Shown here: piece by piece, positions 19,192-29,382 of the stretch | How positions within the stretch are numbered: the stretch's first letter is position 1 | How the letters are laid out: every line of letters starts with the position of its first letter | Assembly: GCA_963801815.1 (NCBI GenBank) | Contig: CAWDGJ010000003.1 | Location: forward strand, 320,001 to 384,000 | Direction: 5' to 3' | Length of the DNA: 64,000 nucleotides | From: an uncultured Verrucomicrobiae bacterium | Lineage (GTDB): Bacteria > Verrucomicrobiota > Verrucomicrobiia > Chthoniobacterales > UBA10450 | Made by a program: the position numbers and the translations under genes | Notes under the pieces: model-generated | Seen by the model: only the letters and a program-made list of their open reading frames with translations | Databases searched by the model: none | What the model was told of the DNA's origin: nothing

Positions 19192-20877
19192 TTAAGTGTA
19201 TTTCAATACCTCCTCGATCGTGGTATCGCCTGCGAAGATGCTGCGCAATCCGTCCTGCCGCAGCGTGATCATCCCGAGTTCGATTGCTTTTTGCTTGAGA
19301 ACAACCGCCGGCGCGCGCTGATTGATTAACTCACGCAACGGATCCGTGATTTTCATCAATTCATAAATTCCTTTTCGACCTTTGTAACCGGTTTGGCTGC
19401 ACGCGTCGCAGCCCCGGCCACAGAAAAATTGTTGTTCACCGATATTCCGCTTCGAGAGCTCGAGCTGATTGAGTAACGATTCGTTAGGCTGGCATTTTAC
19501 GCGACAATTCGGACAAATGGTGCGGAGCAGGCGTTGAGCGAGCACCGCTTCGAGTGTTGCTGAAATCAAAAACGGTTCTACGCCCATGTCGATCAGGCGC
19601 GTAATTGCACCGGGTGCGTCGTTGGTGTGAAGCGTGGTGAAGACAAGGTGGCCGGTGAGCGCCGCCTGGATTGCGATTTGCGCGGTTTCGACATCCCGTG
19701 TTTCACCGATCATTATGCGATCGGGATCCTGGCGGAGAAACGCGCGCAGGACTCGAGCGAACGTGAGACCAATCGCTTCGTCCACCGGAACCTGGGTGAT
19801 TCCTTCCAAATCGTATTCAACCGGCTCTTCGGCAGTCAGTAATTTGGAATTGATCGTGTTAATCTTGTGTAGACAGGAATAAAGCGTCGTAGTTTTGCCG
19901 GAGCCGGTTGGGCCAGTGGCGATGAAAATTCCGTTCGGACGATTGATGAGCTCGATCAGACAATCGTGGACGTAATCAGGCATTCCGAGCATTTCGAGGT
20001 CGAGATTCACCGTGGAACGGTCGAGCACGCGAAGCACGACGCTTTCGCCGAACTGCGTTGGTAAAGTTGAAACGCGGAGGTCAACATGACGACCGGCGAT
20101 ATTCTTTAGAATGCGTCCGTCCTGCGGTAGACGACGCTCTGCAATATTCATGTTCGCCAGTACTTTCACGCGCGAAATCACCGGAAGTGCGAGATGCCGC
20201 GGCGGCGGCGACATTTCATAAAGAGCGCCGTCCACGCGATAACGAATTTTGAATTCGTTCTCGAACGGCTCGAAGTGGATGTCGCTGGCGCGGTCCTGGA
20301 TCGCTTGCTTTAAGATTAAGTCAACGAAGCGAATTATAGGCGCCGCGCTCGCTTCTACTTCCGCCGCCGCCGTGCCTTCGTCACCGCGGATTTGCAATAT
20401 TTCTCCACTTTCTCTGAGCTGCTTAAGTAATTCCTCCATACTCGCGGTGTCGGTTCCGTAGTATTCCTTGATCCGGTCATCAATTTGTTCGGTCGGTGCC
20501 ACGACAACGTCGATGTCTTTGCCGAGCGCGAAGCGAAGGTCCTCAGCCGTATGCGAATCGAGCGGATCGGCGATCGCAACGCGGAGCGTGTTTCCGCTGA
20601 TGCCAATTGGCAACGCGCGATGGAGCCGCGCGAGTTCGGTCGGGATTAATTTCAAGAGGGCCGGCGGAATTTCCGTACCGATAAGATCGACATATTCGAC
20701 CCCGAACGCTTCGGCGATTGTCCGATAAAAGCCGGCTTCGTCGACGAAGCCGCCGTCGACCATGGCTTGCGCGATGCTTTTTCCATTTAAATGCGTTTCG
20801 TTGAGAACGTCTTCGGCTTGCGATCGCTGGAGCACGTGCTGCTCGACAAAGAGTTCAGCGACTTGTTTATCGTTCAT
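19192..20877 (-). CDS. PilB/GspE secretion ATPase (paralog 2)
   Basis: ASDIHFEP, RLPQDGR, TGPTGSGKTTT, LRQDPD, TGHLVFTTLHTND, two CxxC Zn motifs. Confidence 0.93.
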   Translation of the reverse strand: MNDKQVAELFVEQHVLQRSQAEDVLNETHLNGKSIAQAMVDGGFVDEAGFYRTIAEAFGVEYVDLIGTEIPPALLKLIPTELARLHRALPIGISGNTLRVAIADPLDSHTAEDLRFALGKDIDVVVAPTEQIDDRIKEYYGTDTASMEELLKQLRESGEILQIRGDEGTAAAEVEASAAPIIRFVDLILKQAIQDRASDIHFEPFENEFKIRYRVDGALYEMSPPPRHLALPVISRVKVLANMNIAERRLPQDGRILKNIAGRHVDLRVSTLPTQFGESVVLRVLDRSTVNLDLEMLGMPDYVHDCLIELINRPNGIFIATGPTGSGKTTTLYSCLHKINTINSKLLTAEEPVEYDLEGITQVPVDEAIGLTFARVLRAFLRQDPDRIMIGETRDVETAQIAIQAALTGHLVFTTLHTNDAPGAITRLIDMGVEPFLISATLEAVLAQRLLRTICPNCRVKCQPNESLLNQLELSKRNIGEQQFFCGRGCDACSQTGYKGRKGIYELMKITDPLRELINQRAPAVVLKQKAIELGMITLRQDGLRSIFAGDTTIEEVLKYT

Positions 20878-20878
20878 T

Positions 20879-22582
20879 TTAACTTTCGTCTCCGATGGTG
20901 ATGGCGATTACTTCTTCCGCGGTAGTCAGCCCGGCGAGCACCTTCCGGATTCCGTCTTCACGCAACGTCCGCATACCGAGCTCGCGCGCGCGTTGACGCA
21001 AATCTGAAGTCGAGCGGCGTCTGTTGATCATCTGGCGGACTTCGTCGTCCAAAACAAAAATTTCGAAGATGCCCATCCGGCCGTGGTATCCCGAGTTGCG
21101 ACACTGCTCGCAGCCTTTGCCGTGCATCACTGGTGCATTTTGTAATTGCCCTGGTTCGATCCGGAGCGCCCGCCTTTCGCTCTCGATTAATTCGGCTGGC
21201 TCTCGGCAATTTGGACAAACACGCCTTACGAGTCGTTGCGCCATGACCGCGCGCAATGATGACGCGACCAGAAACGGCTGGACACCGATGTCGATCAAGC
21301 GTGCTACGGCAGTTGGCGCGTCATTCGTGTGGAGCGTGCTGAAAACCAAATGACCGGTAAGCGACGCATTAGTGGCGATGCCAGCAGTTTCGAGATCACG
21401 AATCTCGCCGATCATGATGATGTTCGGCGCCTGACGCAAAATCGACCGCAGCGCAGCTGGAAATGTCATTCCGATTTCCGAGTTCACCGGCACCTGATTG
21501 ATCCCGGCCATCTGGTATTCAATCGGTTCCTCGACGGTGATGATCTTGCGGTCGGCCTTGTTGACGCAGTTTAAACAGGTGTAAAGCGTGCTCGTCTTTC
21601 CGGAGCCTGTCGGGCCGGTAACCAGGAGAATTCCGTCAGGAAGTTGAATGAGTCGCTCGAATCTTTCCTGGTCGTCACCGAAAAAACCGAGCTCAGGCAA
21701 TCCGAGGGTCAAACTCGATTTGTCGAGCAAACGAAGCACGACGCTCTCGCCATGATTTGTCGGAATCGTAGAGACCCGAAGGTCGATGTTTTTTTTCCTG
21801 ATTTTGACCTGAATTCGGCCGTCTTGGGGTAAACGCTTCTCAGCAATGTTCATCGAGCCGGTCATGATTTTCAGTCGGCTGACAATGGCCGACTGCAATC
21901 GTTTCGGTGGCGATTGCATTTCGTGAAGCACTCCGTCGATCCGAAATCGCACGCGGAATTTTTTGTCGAGCGGCTCGAGGTGAATATCACTTGCACCGGA
22001 ACGGTGCGCTTGGGCGATCAGCATTGATACCAGACGAATGATTGGAGCGTCAGCTTCATCAACCTCGTTGATCCCGGCGCCGTTACAGATTTCGACTCCC
22101 AGGTCGACTTCTTCACCGATTCCATCGCGGGTGATTCCGGCCGGTTCGTCCGGAGTCCCGTAATATTTAATTAGCGATTCACGAATCTTTCTGGGACTTG
22201 AGCAAACAAGCTCGAGCTCACGTTGAAGCAGAAAACTCAAACTGTCGATCGCATCGATGTCGAGCGGATCACTTACCGCGACAACGAGTCCGCTTTCGGC
22301 AAAGGCGACCGGGACCATCTTGAAGCGACGCGCATCTTCAGCGCGAATTTGGCTGATGACTTCCGGCGGAATGGACATAACCGATAAATCGATCCAATCC
22401 ATGTGCGCCTGAGCAGCCAGCGAGCGTGAAGCATCGGATTCGTTGATGATTCCGTCCTTGATTAAGACATCAAGGACCCGATCCTGGCCGTTCAAACCTT
22501 TGCGCGCAGCGTCGACTTGCTTGGGCGAAACAAGTCCGACGTCTTGGAGGATCTTGAGGGCGTAGTCTTCGTTCTGGCGCAT
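20879..22582 (-). CDS. PilB/GspE secretion ATPase (paralog 1)
   Basis: ASDIHLEP, TGPTGSGKTST, LRQAPNIIMIGEIRD, LHTND, two CxxC motifs. Confidence 0.93.
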   Translation of the reverse strand: MRQNEDYALKILQDVGLVSPKQVDAARKGLNGQDRVLDVLIKDGIINESDASRSLAAQAHMDWIDLSVMSIPPEVISQIRAEDARRFKMVPVAFAESGLVVAVSDPLDIDAIDSLSFLLQRELELVCSSPRKIRESLIKYYGTPDEPAGITRDGIGEEVDLGVEICNGAGINEVDEADAPIIRLVSMLIAQAHRSGASDIHLEPLDKKFRVRFRIDGVLHEMQSPPKRLQSAIVSRLKIMTGSMNIAEKRLPQDGRIQVKIRKKNIDLRVSTIPTNHGESVVLRLLDKSSLTLGLPELGFFGDDQERFERLIQLPDGILLVTGPTGSGKTSTLYTCLNCVNKADRKIITVEEPIEYQMAGINQVPVNSEIGMTFPAALRSILRQAPNIIMIGEIRDLETAGIATNASLTGHLVFSTLHTNDAPTAVARLIDIGVQPFLVASSLRAVMAQRLVRRVCPNCREPAELIESERRALRIEPGQLQNAPVMHGKGCEQCRNSGYHGRMGIFEIFVLDDEVRQMINRRRSTSDLRQRARELGMRTLREDGIRKVLAGLTTAEEVIAITIGDES

Positions 22583-22736
22583 GGGGGAACAGCGCAAACA
22601 GAATCAGCTGTTAGTCCGGATCGTAAGAATTTGCCGCCTTTGTGTCAACGTCGGCGTTTACTGCAAATCGGGTGCAACTGATCCGATATCGCGATGACTC
22701 AATCGAAATCAGGGACAGGTTGTCCTGAAGTGTTAA

Positions 22737-24593
22737 TCACTCCACGGTTACGCTTTTTGCGAGGTTGCGTGGTTTATCGACATCACGGCCAAGCTCGACG
22801 GCGAGATGATAGGCGAGCAATTGCAACGGAATTACGGTCAACACGGGGCTCAGGCAATCGATTGTGTCCGGGACTTCAATGATGTCCGCGGCCAGATCTT
22901 TCAAGTGTTTCGCGCCGTTGCCGGAAGTAATAGCGATGATGGGGCCTTTGCGAGCCTTTATCTGTTCCATATTGTTGACGTTCTTTGAAAACACCGCGTC
23001 GTCGGGCACAATGAAGATTGACGGCAAGTCCGGCCTGACGAGCGCAATGATTCCGTGCTTGAGTTCGGCGCTGGGATGGCCTTCGGCGAAGAGATAAGTG
23101 ATCTCCTTCAACTTGAGTGCGCCTTCCAGTGCGATTGGATAATTAAATTGCCGGCCGAAAAACAACATCCCGGTAACATCGACATACTTCTTCGCGAGCG
23201 ATTTTATCTGATCGCTCAGCTGGAGAACCTGCTCGATTTGTCCTGGCAACGCTTCCAACGCATCGATCATTCGTTTCCCTTGGGCGGACGAGAGTTGCCG
23301 CATGCGGCCGAGAAGAAGGCCGATCAAGTTTAGAATGATCAATTGTGACGTAAATGATTTCGTGGCGGCCACGCCGATCTCGGGGCCAGCGTGCATGTAA
23401 ACACCGCCGTCGCTTTCGCGGGCGATCGTACTGGCGACGTTGTTGCAAATCCCGAGTGTGCGATAGCCCTTGCGCTTGCTTTCGCGCAACGCACCGAGTG
23501 TATCGGCGGTTTCACCGCTTTGGCTAATCGCGAAGACGAGCGTGTGCTCGGTCGGCGGCGTATTTCGGTGCCGGTACTCGCTCGCAAAATCGACATCGAC
23601 CGGAATATTTGCGAGCTGCTCTATGAGATATTCGCCGACGCGCGCGGCGTGCAACGCAGTTCCACAGCCGGTAAGAACGATGCGCGCAACATCGCGCAAC
23701 TCTGCCGGATACATGTTCAAGCCGCCGAGTTTTGCCGTGCACTCTTCATAATTCAGCCTACCGCGCATCGCGTCACGCACCGTGTCCGGCTGTTCGCAGA
23801 TCTCCTTGAGCATGTAGTGCGGGTAATCGCCCTTTTTTATGTCCTCCGCAGTGAACTCTACCTTGCTGACGGCGTGCTCACCGACTGCGCCGTCGATTGA
23901 ACTGATGTCGAAGTTTTCGCGGTCGAACGAAACGAGATCGAAATCGTTCAGGTAAACAACGTCGCGAGTGTGAGCGACGATCGCGCTTACGTCGCTGGCC
24001 AGGAAATTTTCATCCTTGCCGACGCCAAGGACTAGCGGGCTGCCGCGGCGTGCACCCACGATGAAATCAGGAATGTCCGCGTGAATGAGCGCGATGCCGT
24101 AGGTGCCGATGACCTGCTTCAACGCAGCCCGGGTGGCGTTGACCAGCCGCGCTCTCGAATCTTTACCGTCGAGCTTTCGGTAAATGTTGCCGATCAGATG
24201 TGCCAATACTTCGGTGTCCGTATCCGATCGAAAGTTTGCGTCGCCATCCCGGACCAGTTGTTCTTTGAGCGCCTGATAATTTTCGATAACGCCGTTATGA
24301 ACGAGAGCGATTTTGCCGCTGGCGTCGAAATGTGGATGGGCGTTTTCATCGTTAACTTTTCCATGCGTTGCCCAGCGCGTATGACTGATCCCATACGAGC
24401 CTGCCGCCGGTTTTTTAGAGATTAATTCCGCCAGTGAAGCAATTCTGCCGGCGCACTTGCGAGTTTCCACATGATCGCCGTCAACGATCGCAACGCCGGC
24501 CGAATCGTAACCGCGGTATTCAAGCCGGCGCAACCCGTCGAGTAAAATGGGTGCAGCTTGCGACCGACCGACGTAACCGACAATTCCACACAT
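22737..24593 (-). CDS. glmS: Glutamine--fructose-6-phosphate aminotransferase
   Basis: Starts MCGIVG at 24593; RLEYRGYDSAG, HTRWATHG, SQSGETAD, PRNLAKSVTVE. Confidence 0.97.
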   Translation of the reverse strand: MCGIVGYVGRSQAAPILLDGLRRLEYRGYDSAGVAIVDGDHVETRKCAGRIASLAELISKKPAAGSYGISHTRWATHGKVNDENAHPHFDASGKIALVHNGVIENYQALKEQLVRDGDANFRSDTDTEVLAHLIGNIYRKLDGKDSRARLVNATRAALKQVIGTYGIALIHADIPDFIVGARRGSPLVLGVGKDENFLASDVSAIVAHTRDVVYLNDFDLVSFDRENFDISSIDGAVGEHAVSKVEFTAEDIKKGDYPHYMLKEICEQPDTVRDAMRGRLNYEECTAKLGGLNMYPAELRDVARIVLTGCGTALHAARVGEYLIEQLANIPVDVDFASEYRHRNTPPTEHTLVFAISQSGETADTLGALRESKRKGYRTLGICNNVASTIARESDGGVYMHAGPEIGVAATKSFTSQLIILNLIGLLLGRMRQLSSAQGKRMIDALEALPGQIEQVLQLSDQIKSLAKKYVDVTGMLFFGRQFNYPIALEGALKLKEITYLFAEGHPSAELKHGIIALVRPDLPSIFIVPDDAVFSKNVNNMEQIKARKGPIIAITSGNGAKHLKDLAADIIEVPDTIDCLSPVLTVIPLQLLAYHLAVELGRDVDKPRNLAKSVTVE

Positions 24594-24684
24594 GGCTAGG
24601 GCTGCAAGGTTACTGTCTGAACGAATTTCGAGCAAACCTTGCAAAATGGTTGCCGGAAGGCGAAGACCCTGAGTTATTGGAGCA

Positions 24685-26025
24685 GTGGAAACGGACAAGC
24701 TCACGCGCCGCGGTTTTCCGCTTTCGCCGATGGGGGCGCTCGCGCTTCCGCCCGGTACCACGCAGCGAACGCTTGCCATCATCATGGGTGGTGGCGCCGG
24801 CACGCGTTTATTTCCATTAACCAAGGACCGGTCCAAACCCGCTGTGCCGCTCGGCGGAAAATATCGCATCGTCGATATTCCGATCAGCAATTGCCTGAAC
24901 TCCGGGCTGCGCTCGATCTATGTGTTGACGCAATTCAACAGCATGTCACTGCACCGACATATTCAAGCGAGCTACAAGTTCGACAATTTTTCGCGAAGCT
25001 TTATCGAGATTCTCGCCGCCCAACAGACACCCGAAGGCGCGCAATGGTACCAAGGCACCGCGGACGCCGTGCGCCAGAACATGCGCTATTTCCTCGAGCG
25101 ACCGTTCGATTATTTTCTCATCCTAAGCGGTGATCAACTTTACCGGATGGATTTTCGGACGCTGCTGCATCAACACATTCAAACCGGGGCCGAGATCACG
25201 CTGGCCACTAAACCCGTGACGCGTGACCAGGTCGCACAATTTGGAATCATGCAATGCGGAATCGATCGGCGGATTACACGGTTTGTCGAAAAACCGAAAG
25301 ATGAAGGTCTACTCGCCGGCATGGAAATGAGTGCGGAGCTGATTGATGCGACTAAGTCGCCACATAATGGCGAGCTCTATCAGGCCTCGATGGGAATTTA
25401 TCTGTTCAATCGCGAAATCTTGGTGCGTTGTTTGGACAACGATCTGGTTGATTTCGGCCGCGACGTAATTCCGAATTCGATCAAGGACCGTAATGTGAGC
25501 GCGTTCATCTTTAACGGTTATTGGGAAGACATCGGAACAATCCGGGCTTTTTACGAAGCTAATCTCGACCTGACCAATATCGTGCCGGAATACAGTTTCT
25601 TCGAAGCCGATAGACCGATTTACACGCATCCGCGATTTTTGCCGGGCAGTAAAGTTAACGGTGCAACTTTGCGACAAGCTCTGATTTCCGACGGTTGCAT
25701 CATCTCCGACGCTCATATCGAGCGCAGTGTTATCGGCATTCGCAGTTTCATCGAAAGTGGAGCTACGATTCGCAACAGTGTTATCATGGGTGCCGATTAC
25801 TTCGAGGAAGATCGGCAGTCCAGCAGCGACCTGCCGCCTATCGGGATAGGGCGCAATTGCGTGATTGACCGTGCGATTATCGACAAGAACGCGCGGATTG
25901 CCGATGGCGTGGTGATTACACCGGAAGGAAAAGCAGCGAATCTCGATGCGGAAAATTACTTCATTCGGGACGGCATCGTGGTTGTGCCGAAGAACGCGGT
26001 TATCCCAGCCGGCTTTTGGATCTGA
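24685..26025 (+). CDS. glgC: Glucose-1-phosphate adenylyltransferase
   Basis: GGGAGTRLFPLTKDRSKPAVPLGGKYR, WYQGTADAV, YWEDIGT. Confidence 0.96.
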   Translation: METDKLTRRGFPLSPMGALALPPGTTQRTLAIIMGGGAGTRLFPLTKDRSKPAVPLGGKYRIVDIPISNCLNSGLRSIYVLTQFNSMSLHRHIQASYKFDNFSRSFIEILAAQQTPEGAQWYQGTADAVRQNMRYFLERPFDYFLILSGDQLYRMDFRTLLHQHIQTGAEITLATKPVTRDQVAQFGIMQCGIDRRITRFVEKPKDEGLLAGMEMSAELIDATKSPHNGELYQASMGIYLFNREILVRCLDNDLVDFGRDVIPNSIKDRNVSAFIFNGYWEDIGTIRAFYEANLDLTNIVPEYSFFEADRPIYTHPRFLPGSKVNGATLRQALISDGCIISDAHIERSVIGIRSFIESGATIRNSVIMGADYFEEDRQSSSDLPPIGIGRNCVIDRAIIDKNARIADGVVITPEGKAANLDAENYFIRDGIVVVPKNAVIPAGFWI

Positions 26026-26036
26026 TCAGGCCGCGC

Positions 26037-26246
26037 TTAGCGGTGATCAGTCATGTTGGCGAACTGATCACCGGTCTCCCATTTTTCCTGCTTATTCCAA
26101 GGCATGGCGCCTTCTGGTTTTGCATCCGGATCCTTGACCAGGGCGACCTGGTCTTTTTGTGATGCACAAGAAATCAGGGTTCCCGCTGCCGCGAGTAACA
26201 AAAGACTCGCGATCGGCCGCCGCAATTTACGAATTTGAACCAGCAT
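26037..26246 (-). CDS. Small lipoprotein
   Basis: MLVQIRKLRRPIASLLLLAAAGTLISC lipobox; MPWNKQEKWE tail. Confidence 0.6.
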   Translation of the reverse strand: MLVQIRKLRRPIASLLLLAAAGTLISCASQKDQVALVKDPDAKPEGAMPWNKQEKWETGDQFANMTDHR

Positions 26247-27042
26247 AAATAACGATATCTCCCGGTTGCACCTGGACACCACGCGCCAGCGTGCTGGTGA
26301 TGATATCGCCGATAGCGGTGGCCGGTTCAACTGAAGAAATGCGGATTTTTGCGATAAAGGTGCCGTCTCGCACAATCAGCATTTCAGAGTATGGCTCGAC
26401 CCCATTGCGGCCACCGAGATTGAGCACGACAAAGTTGTAGGCCTGGTTGACGGCGAGGATCTTACCGCGGACACCAACCTTTCCGTGAGCAATCGCGCGC
26501 CGCTTCTTTTCCTCTTCAAGCTGTGAAGCACGCTCTCGAACAGCCGCCATTTTTTCAGCGAGGAGACTTTTCTCGTGCTCGGCGTTATCGAGCTGCTGCC
26601 GGGCATCATCTAACTGGGCTTGCAATTCAACATTCGATGGCGCGCCCGGGTTTGCGGAGGCCGGTTGCTTTTCCTCGATTTGCTTTTGTAACTCAGCAAT
26701 ATCAGCCTCTTTATCCTGAAGCTTGGCTTCAACCTGTTTCTTTTCGTTCAAAAATTGCTTGAGCTGCTCCTCAGAGGCGAGCGTTTTACTTTCGCGCTCG
26801 CTGAGTTTCGCCTGCCGAGCGGCGATGGCCGATTCGCGGGCCATAAGCTCATTTTCTTTTGTTACACAGTATCGCTCAGCGACTTCGCGGGCAGCGACCG
26901 CTTCTGCGGCGGTTGAGCGCAGCGATCTAATTTTAGGGAGACTTAGCACGCCAAAAACCGCTGCGAACGCGAGTAGCAAAAGGGATCCACCAATCAGCCT
27001 TCTCGGAGTGGCGGGAAACGTCTGGGGCAAGGGGGGTCGCAC
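26227..27042 (-). CDS. Membrane-anchored coiled-coil protein with a C-terminal beta domain
   Basis: TM segment, long coiled coil, GKILAVNQAYNFVVLNLG...VQPGD; start approximate (GTG 27042). Confidence 0.65.
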   Translation of the reverse strand: MRPPLPQTFPATPRRLIGGSLLLLAFAAVFGVLSLPKIRSLRSTAAEAVAAREVAERYCVTKENELMARESAIAARQAKLSERESKTLASEEQLKQFLNEKKQVEAKLQDKEADIAELQKQIEEKQPASANPGAPSNVELQAQLDDARQQLDNAEHEKSLLAEKMAAVRERASQLEEEKKRRAIAHGKVGVRGKILAVNQAYNFVVLNLGGRNGVEPYSEMLIVRDGTFIAKIRISSVEPATAIGDIITSTLARGVQVQPGDIVIYAGSNS

Positions 27043-27144
27043 CGTCCAATTGTTTAATTCCTGGGAGCGGACAAATGCAATCTCGATTTTGTTATTTGCT
27101 GTCGGCAGCTTGCGCCGTTTACTCTTTCTGCCTATAAGAAAAGC

Positions 27145-27282
27145 ATGGGCCAGCAGCACCGAGTTCGATCCAAACGCAAGCGCCGTAAAGCGTACTTGAA
27201 ACGAAAGAAAACCTCGATGCGCTCGAAACAGCGCGAATCCCCGCGGTCGCGAAGCCGGAAGGAAGCAGCCCCGGCACACTAG
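27145..27282 (+). CDS. Small highly basic protein (45 aa), below the ORF-track cutoff
   Basis: Manual translation MGQQHRVRSKRKRRKAYLKRKKTSMRSKQRESPRSRSRKEAAPAH*; fills an otherwise intergenic gap. Confidence 0.6.
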   Translation: MGQQHRVRSKRKRRKAYLKRKKTSMRSKQRESPRSRSRKEAAPAH

Positions 27283-27338
27283 CGTTCGTTCCCACGATCT
27301 GCGTTAGTTCGCGGCTCGACATGAGCTAGAATAATTGC

Positions 27339-27743
27339 GTGCGCGCGCGTTATCTCATCGTAGATGGGCACAGCATCATTTTTGCATGGCCGGAATTACG
27401 AAAACTTCACGACCGTCGGCCGCACGTCGCGCGTGAGGTCTTAATCAAGAAATTGCGCGATTACCAGGATTGGAGCGACGAAAACGTCGTTGCGGTTTTC
27501 GATGGCCAGGGTCAGCAGGTGAGCGAAACAGCCGATCCACACGATCTTCAAATCTTTTACGCGCGGCGCGGTCAGTCGGCGGACACAATCATCGAGAGGC
27601 TGGCCTGCAAGTACGCGGAGCGATTCGATGTCACGGTTGCGACGTCGGACTTGTTGGAAATGGAAACGGTAAATGCGTGCGGCGGTGCCTGCATTTTACC
27701 CGAAGATTTACGCGAACGGCTTAAAACGGCGCGAAGGCACTGA
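27339..27743 (+). CDS. YacP/Rae1-like NYN-domain ribonuclease
   Basis: YLIVDGHS, VAVFDG, SADTIIERL, VATSD. Confidence 0.85.
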   Translation: MRARYLIVDGHSIIFAWPELRKLHDRRPHVAREVLIKKLRDYQDWSDENVVAVFDGQGQQVSETADPHDLQIFYARRGQSADTIIERLACKYAERFDVTVATSDLLEMETVNACGGACILPEDLRERLKTARRH

Positions 27744-28187
27744 TCAAGCTACGCTGGCTAATGCCGGTTGCTGGCTGTTTGACGCGGCCCTCTTGCGTTG
27801 CTGACAGGTCGCGAGCACGCGCGCGAGCACGCAATAAAGCTGTTCGATCGGAAGGTTTTTACTCACGTAACCATTCGCGCCGGCGTGGAGGGCGGCGTGC
27901 ATTTGCTCCTCGTCATAGCCAACCCCAGTAAAGACGACAATCGGCAGCGCAGGATTCATTTCGCGCATAAACGATATGAGCGAGATTCCGTCCACTTTCG
28001 GCATTTTGAGGTCAACAATCGCGACCTCGCAATCGTGTTCAGAGAGCCACGAGGCCGTTTGAAATCCATCGGTCAGGGCATGGCAGGTGTGACCGCGTTG
28101 GCGAAGATACGTAACGAGGAACTTAGCGATGCCGGGGTCATCGTCGATGATGAGGAACTGGGAATATTCGCGTTTTAACGGGCTCAT
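27744..28187 (-). CDS. Single-domain response regulator
   Basis: LIIDDD, VDLKMPKVDG, FTG, YVSK; no output domain. Confidence 0.85.
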   Translation of the reverse strand: MSPLKREYSQFLIIDDDPGIAKFLVTYLRQRGHTCHALTDGFQTASWLSEHDCEVAIVDLKMPKVDGISLISFMREMNPALPIVVFTGVGYDEEQMHAALHAGANGYVSKNLPIEQLYCVLARVLATCQQRKRAASNSQQPALASVA

Positions 28188-28292
28188 GGTTATAATTTCT
28201 ATAACCACTAAAGCACCTCCCTTGCCAAATGCCTGCCAACTGGTCATTTCTCCACTGGCCCGCACCGCCCCAAGCCGTTGCCGCGCCCGTGC

Positions 28293-29309
28293 TTACAGCC
28301 CAAGCCTCTTTTCGATTGCCCTTATTCGATCGAAAAGTTTACCCAAACGATGGATCAACGCGATCTGCCGCTTCGCCTCTGGCAAAGGGACTGCCGGAGA
28401 ACCGAACCACGCGCCACCGGGAAGGTCTTTGGAAATACCGCTTTGAGCGGCAATGATCGTATTGTCGTCGATGGTGAGATGACCGATTACCCCGACCTGT
28501 CCGGCCATCTTCACATTCTCACCGATGCGTGTGCTCCCAGAAATTCCGGTCTGCGCCGCGATGATGGAATTTTTTCCAACGATCACGTTATGAGCAATCT
28601 GAACGAGGTTATCGATCTTTACACCTTCCTGGATCCACGTTCGTCCGAATCGAGCTCGGTCAATCGTCGTGTTGGCGCCAATCTCTACTTCGTCATCGAT
28701 TTGGACGATGCCGATTTGTGGAATTTTTTTGTAGCGGCCGTCAATCAATTCAAATCCAAAACCGTCCGCGCCGATAATCGCGCCACTGTGAACGACGACC
28801 CGCGCGCCGATCCGCGTTCGTTCGCGAATAGTCACGTTAGGGTAGATTACACACGACGTGCCGATCACGGATTCGTGTCCAATGTAGCTGCCCGCTCCGA
28901 TGACGGTTTTGTCGCCGATGGTTGCGTTTGGCTCGACGACAGCATGAGGTTGAATCGAGACCCCGCGTCCGAGTTTCGCAGTTGGATCGACGACCGCGCT
29001 GGGATGGACTCCGGACGCGAACTCGACCGGCGTCGGCGCAAGTTTTAGCACCACTTTCTCGAAAGCCTTCGACGGACTGGCCACGCGAATTTGGGCAGCA
29101 GCCGTTTGCTCGGAAAAATCGTTCGTTACAAATATCGCCGAGGCGCGAGTTTTACGGAGCCGTTCCAGGTAACGCGGATCAGCATAAAATGTGACCTCAC
29201 CCGGAACAGCCTCGGAAAGGGACGCGGCTCCGGTGATTTCTTCAGTCGGATCGCCGCCGCGCAATTCTCCACCTGAGAAGATCGCGAGCTCCTGGAGCGT
29301 GAACGTCAC
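28293..29309 (-). CDS. lpxD: UDP-3-O-acylglucosamine N-acyltransferase
   Basis: Hexapeptide repeats, IGADGFGF, EIGANTTIDR, KIDNLVQIAHN. Confidence 0.96.
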   Translation of the reverse strand: MTFTLQELAIFSGGELRGGDPTEEITGAASLSEAVPGEVTFYADPRYLERLRKTRASAIFVTNDFSEQTAAAQIRVASPSKAFEKVVLKLAPTPVEFASGVHPSAVVDPTAKLGRGVSIQPHAVVEPNATIGDKTVIGAGSYIGHESVIGTSCVIYPNVTIRERTRIGARVVVHSGAIIGADGFGFELIDGRYKKIPQIGIVQIDDEVEIGANTTIDRARFGRTWIQEGVKIDNLVQIAHNVIVGKNSIIAAQTGISGSTRIGENVKMAGQVGVIGHLTIDDNTIIAAQSGISKDLPGGAWFGSPAVPLPEAKRQIALIHRLGKLFDRIRAIEKRLGL

Positions 29310-29382
29310 GTTTTCTTTCTAAATTCTAGAGGCGCTTGTGCCAAGCGCTACTGGCACGGTCATTAAATTGGCAATAGTCGGC

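Noticed and set aside
24594..24890. N-terminal extension of glmS in the ORF track, or a glmS ribozyme
   Set aside because: GlmS must begin Met-Cys (24593); the extension overlaps glgC, and the 91-bp spacer shows no recognisable ribozyme.
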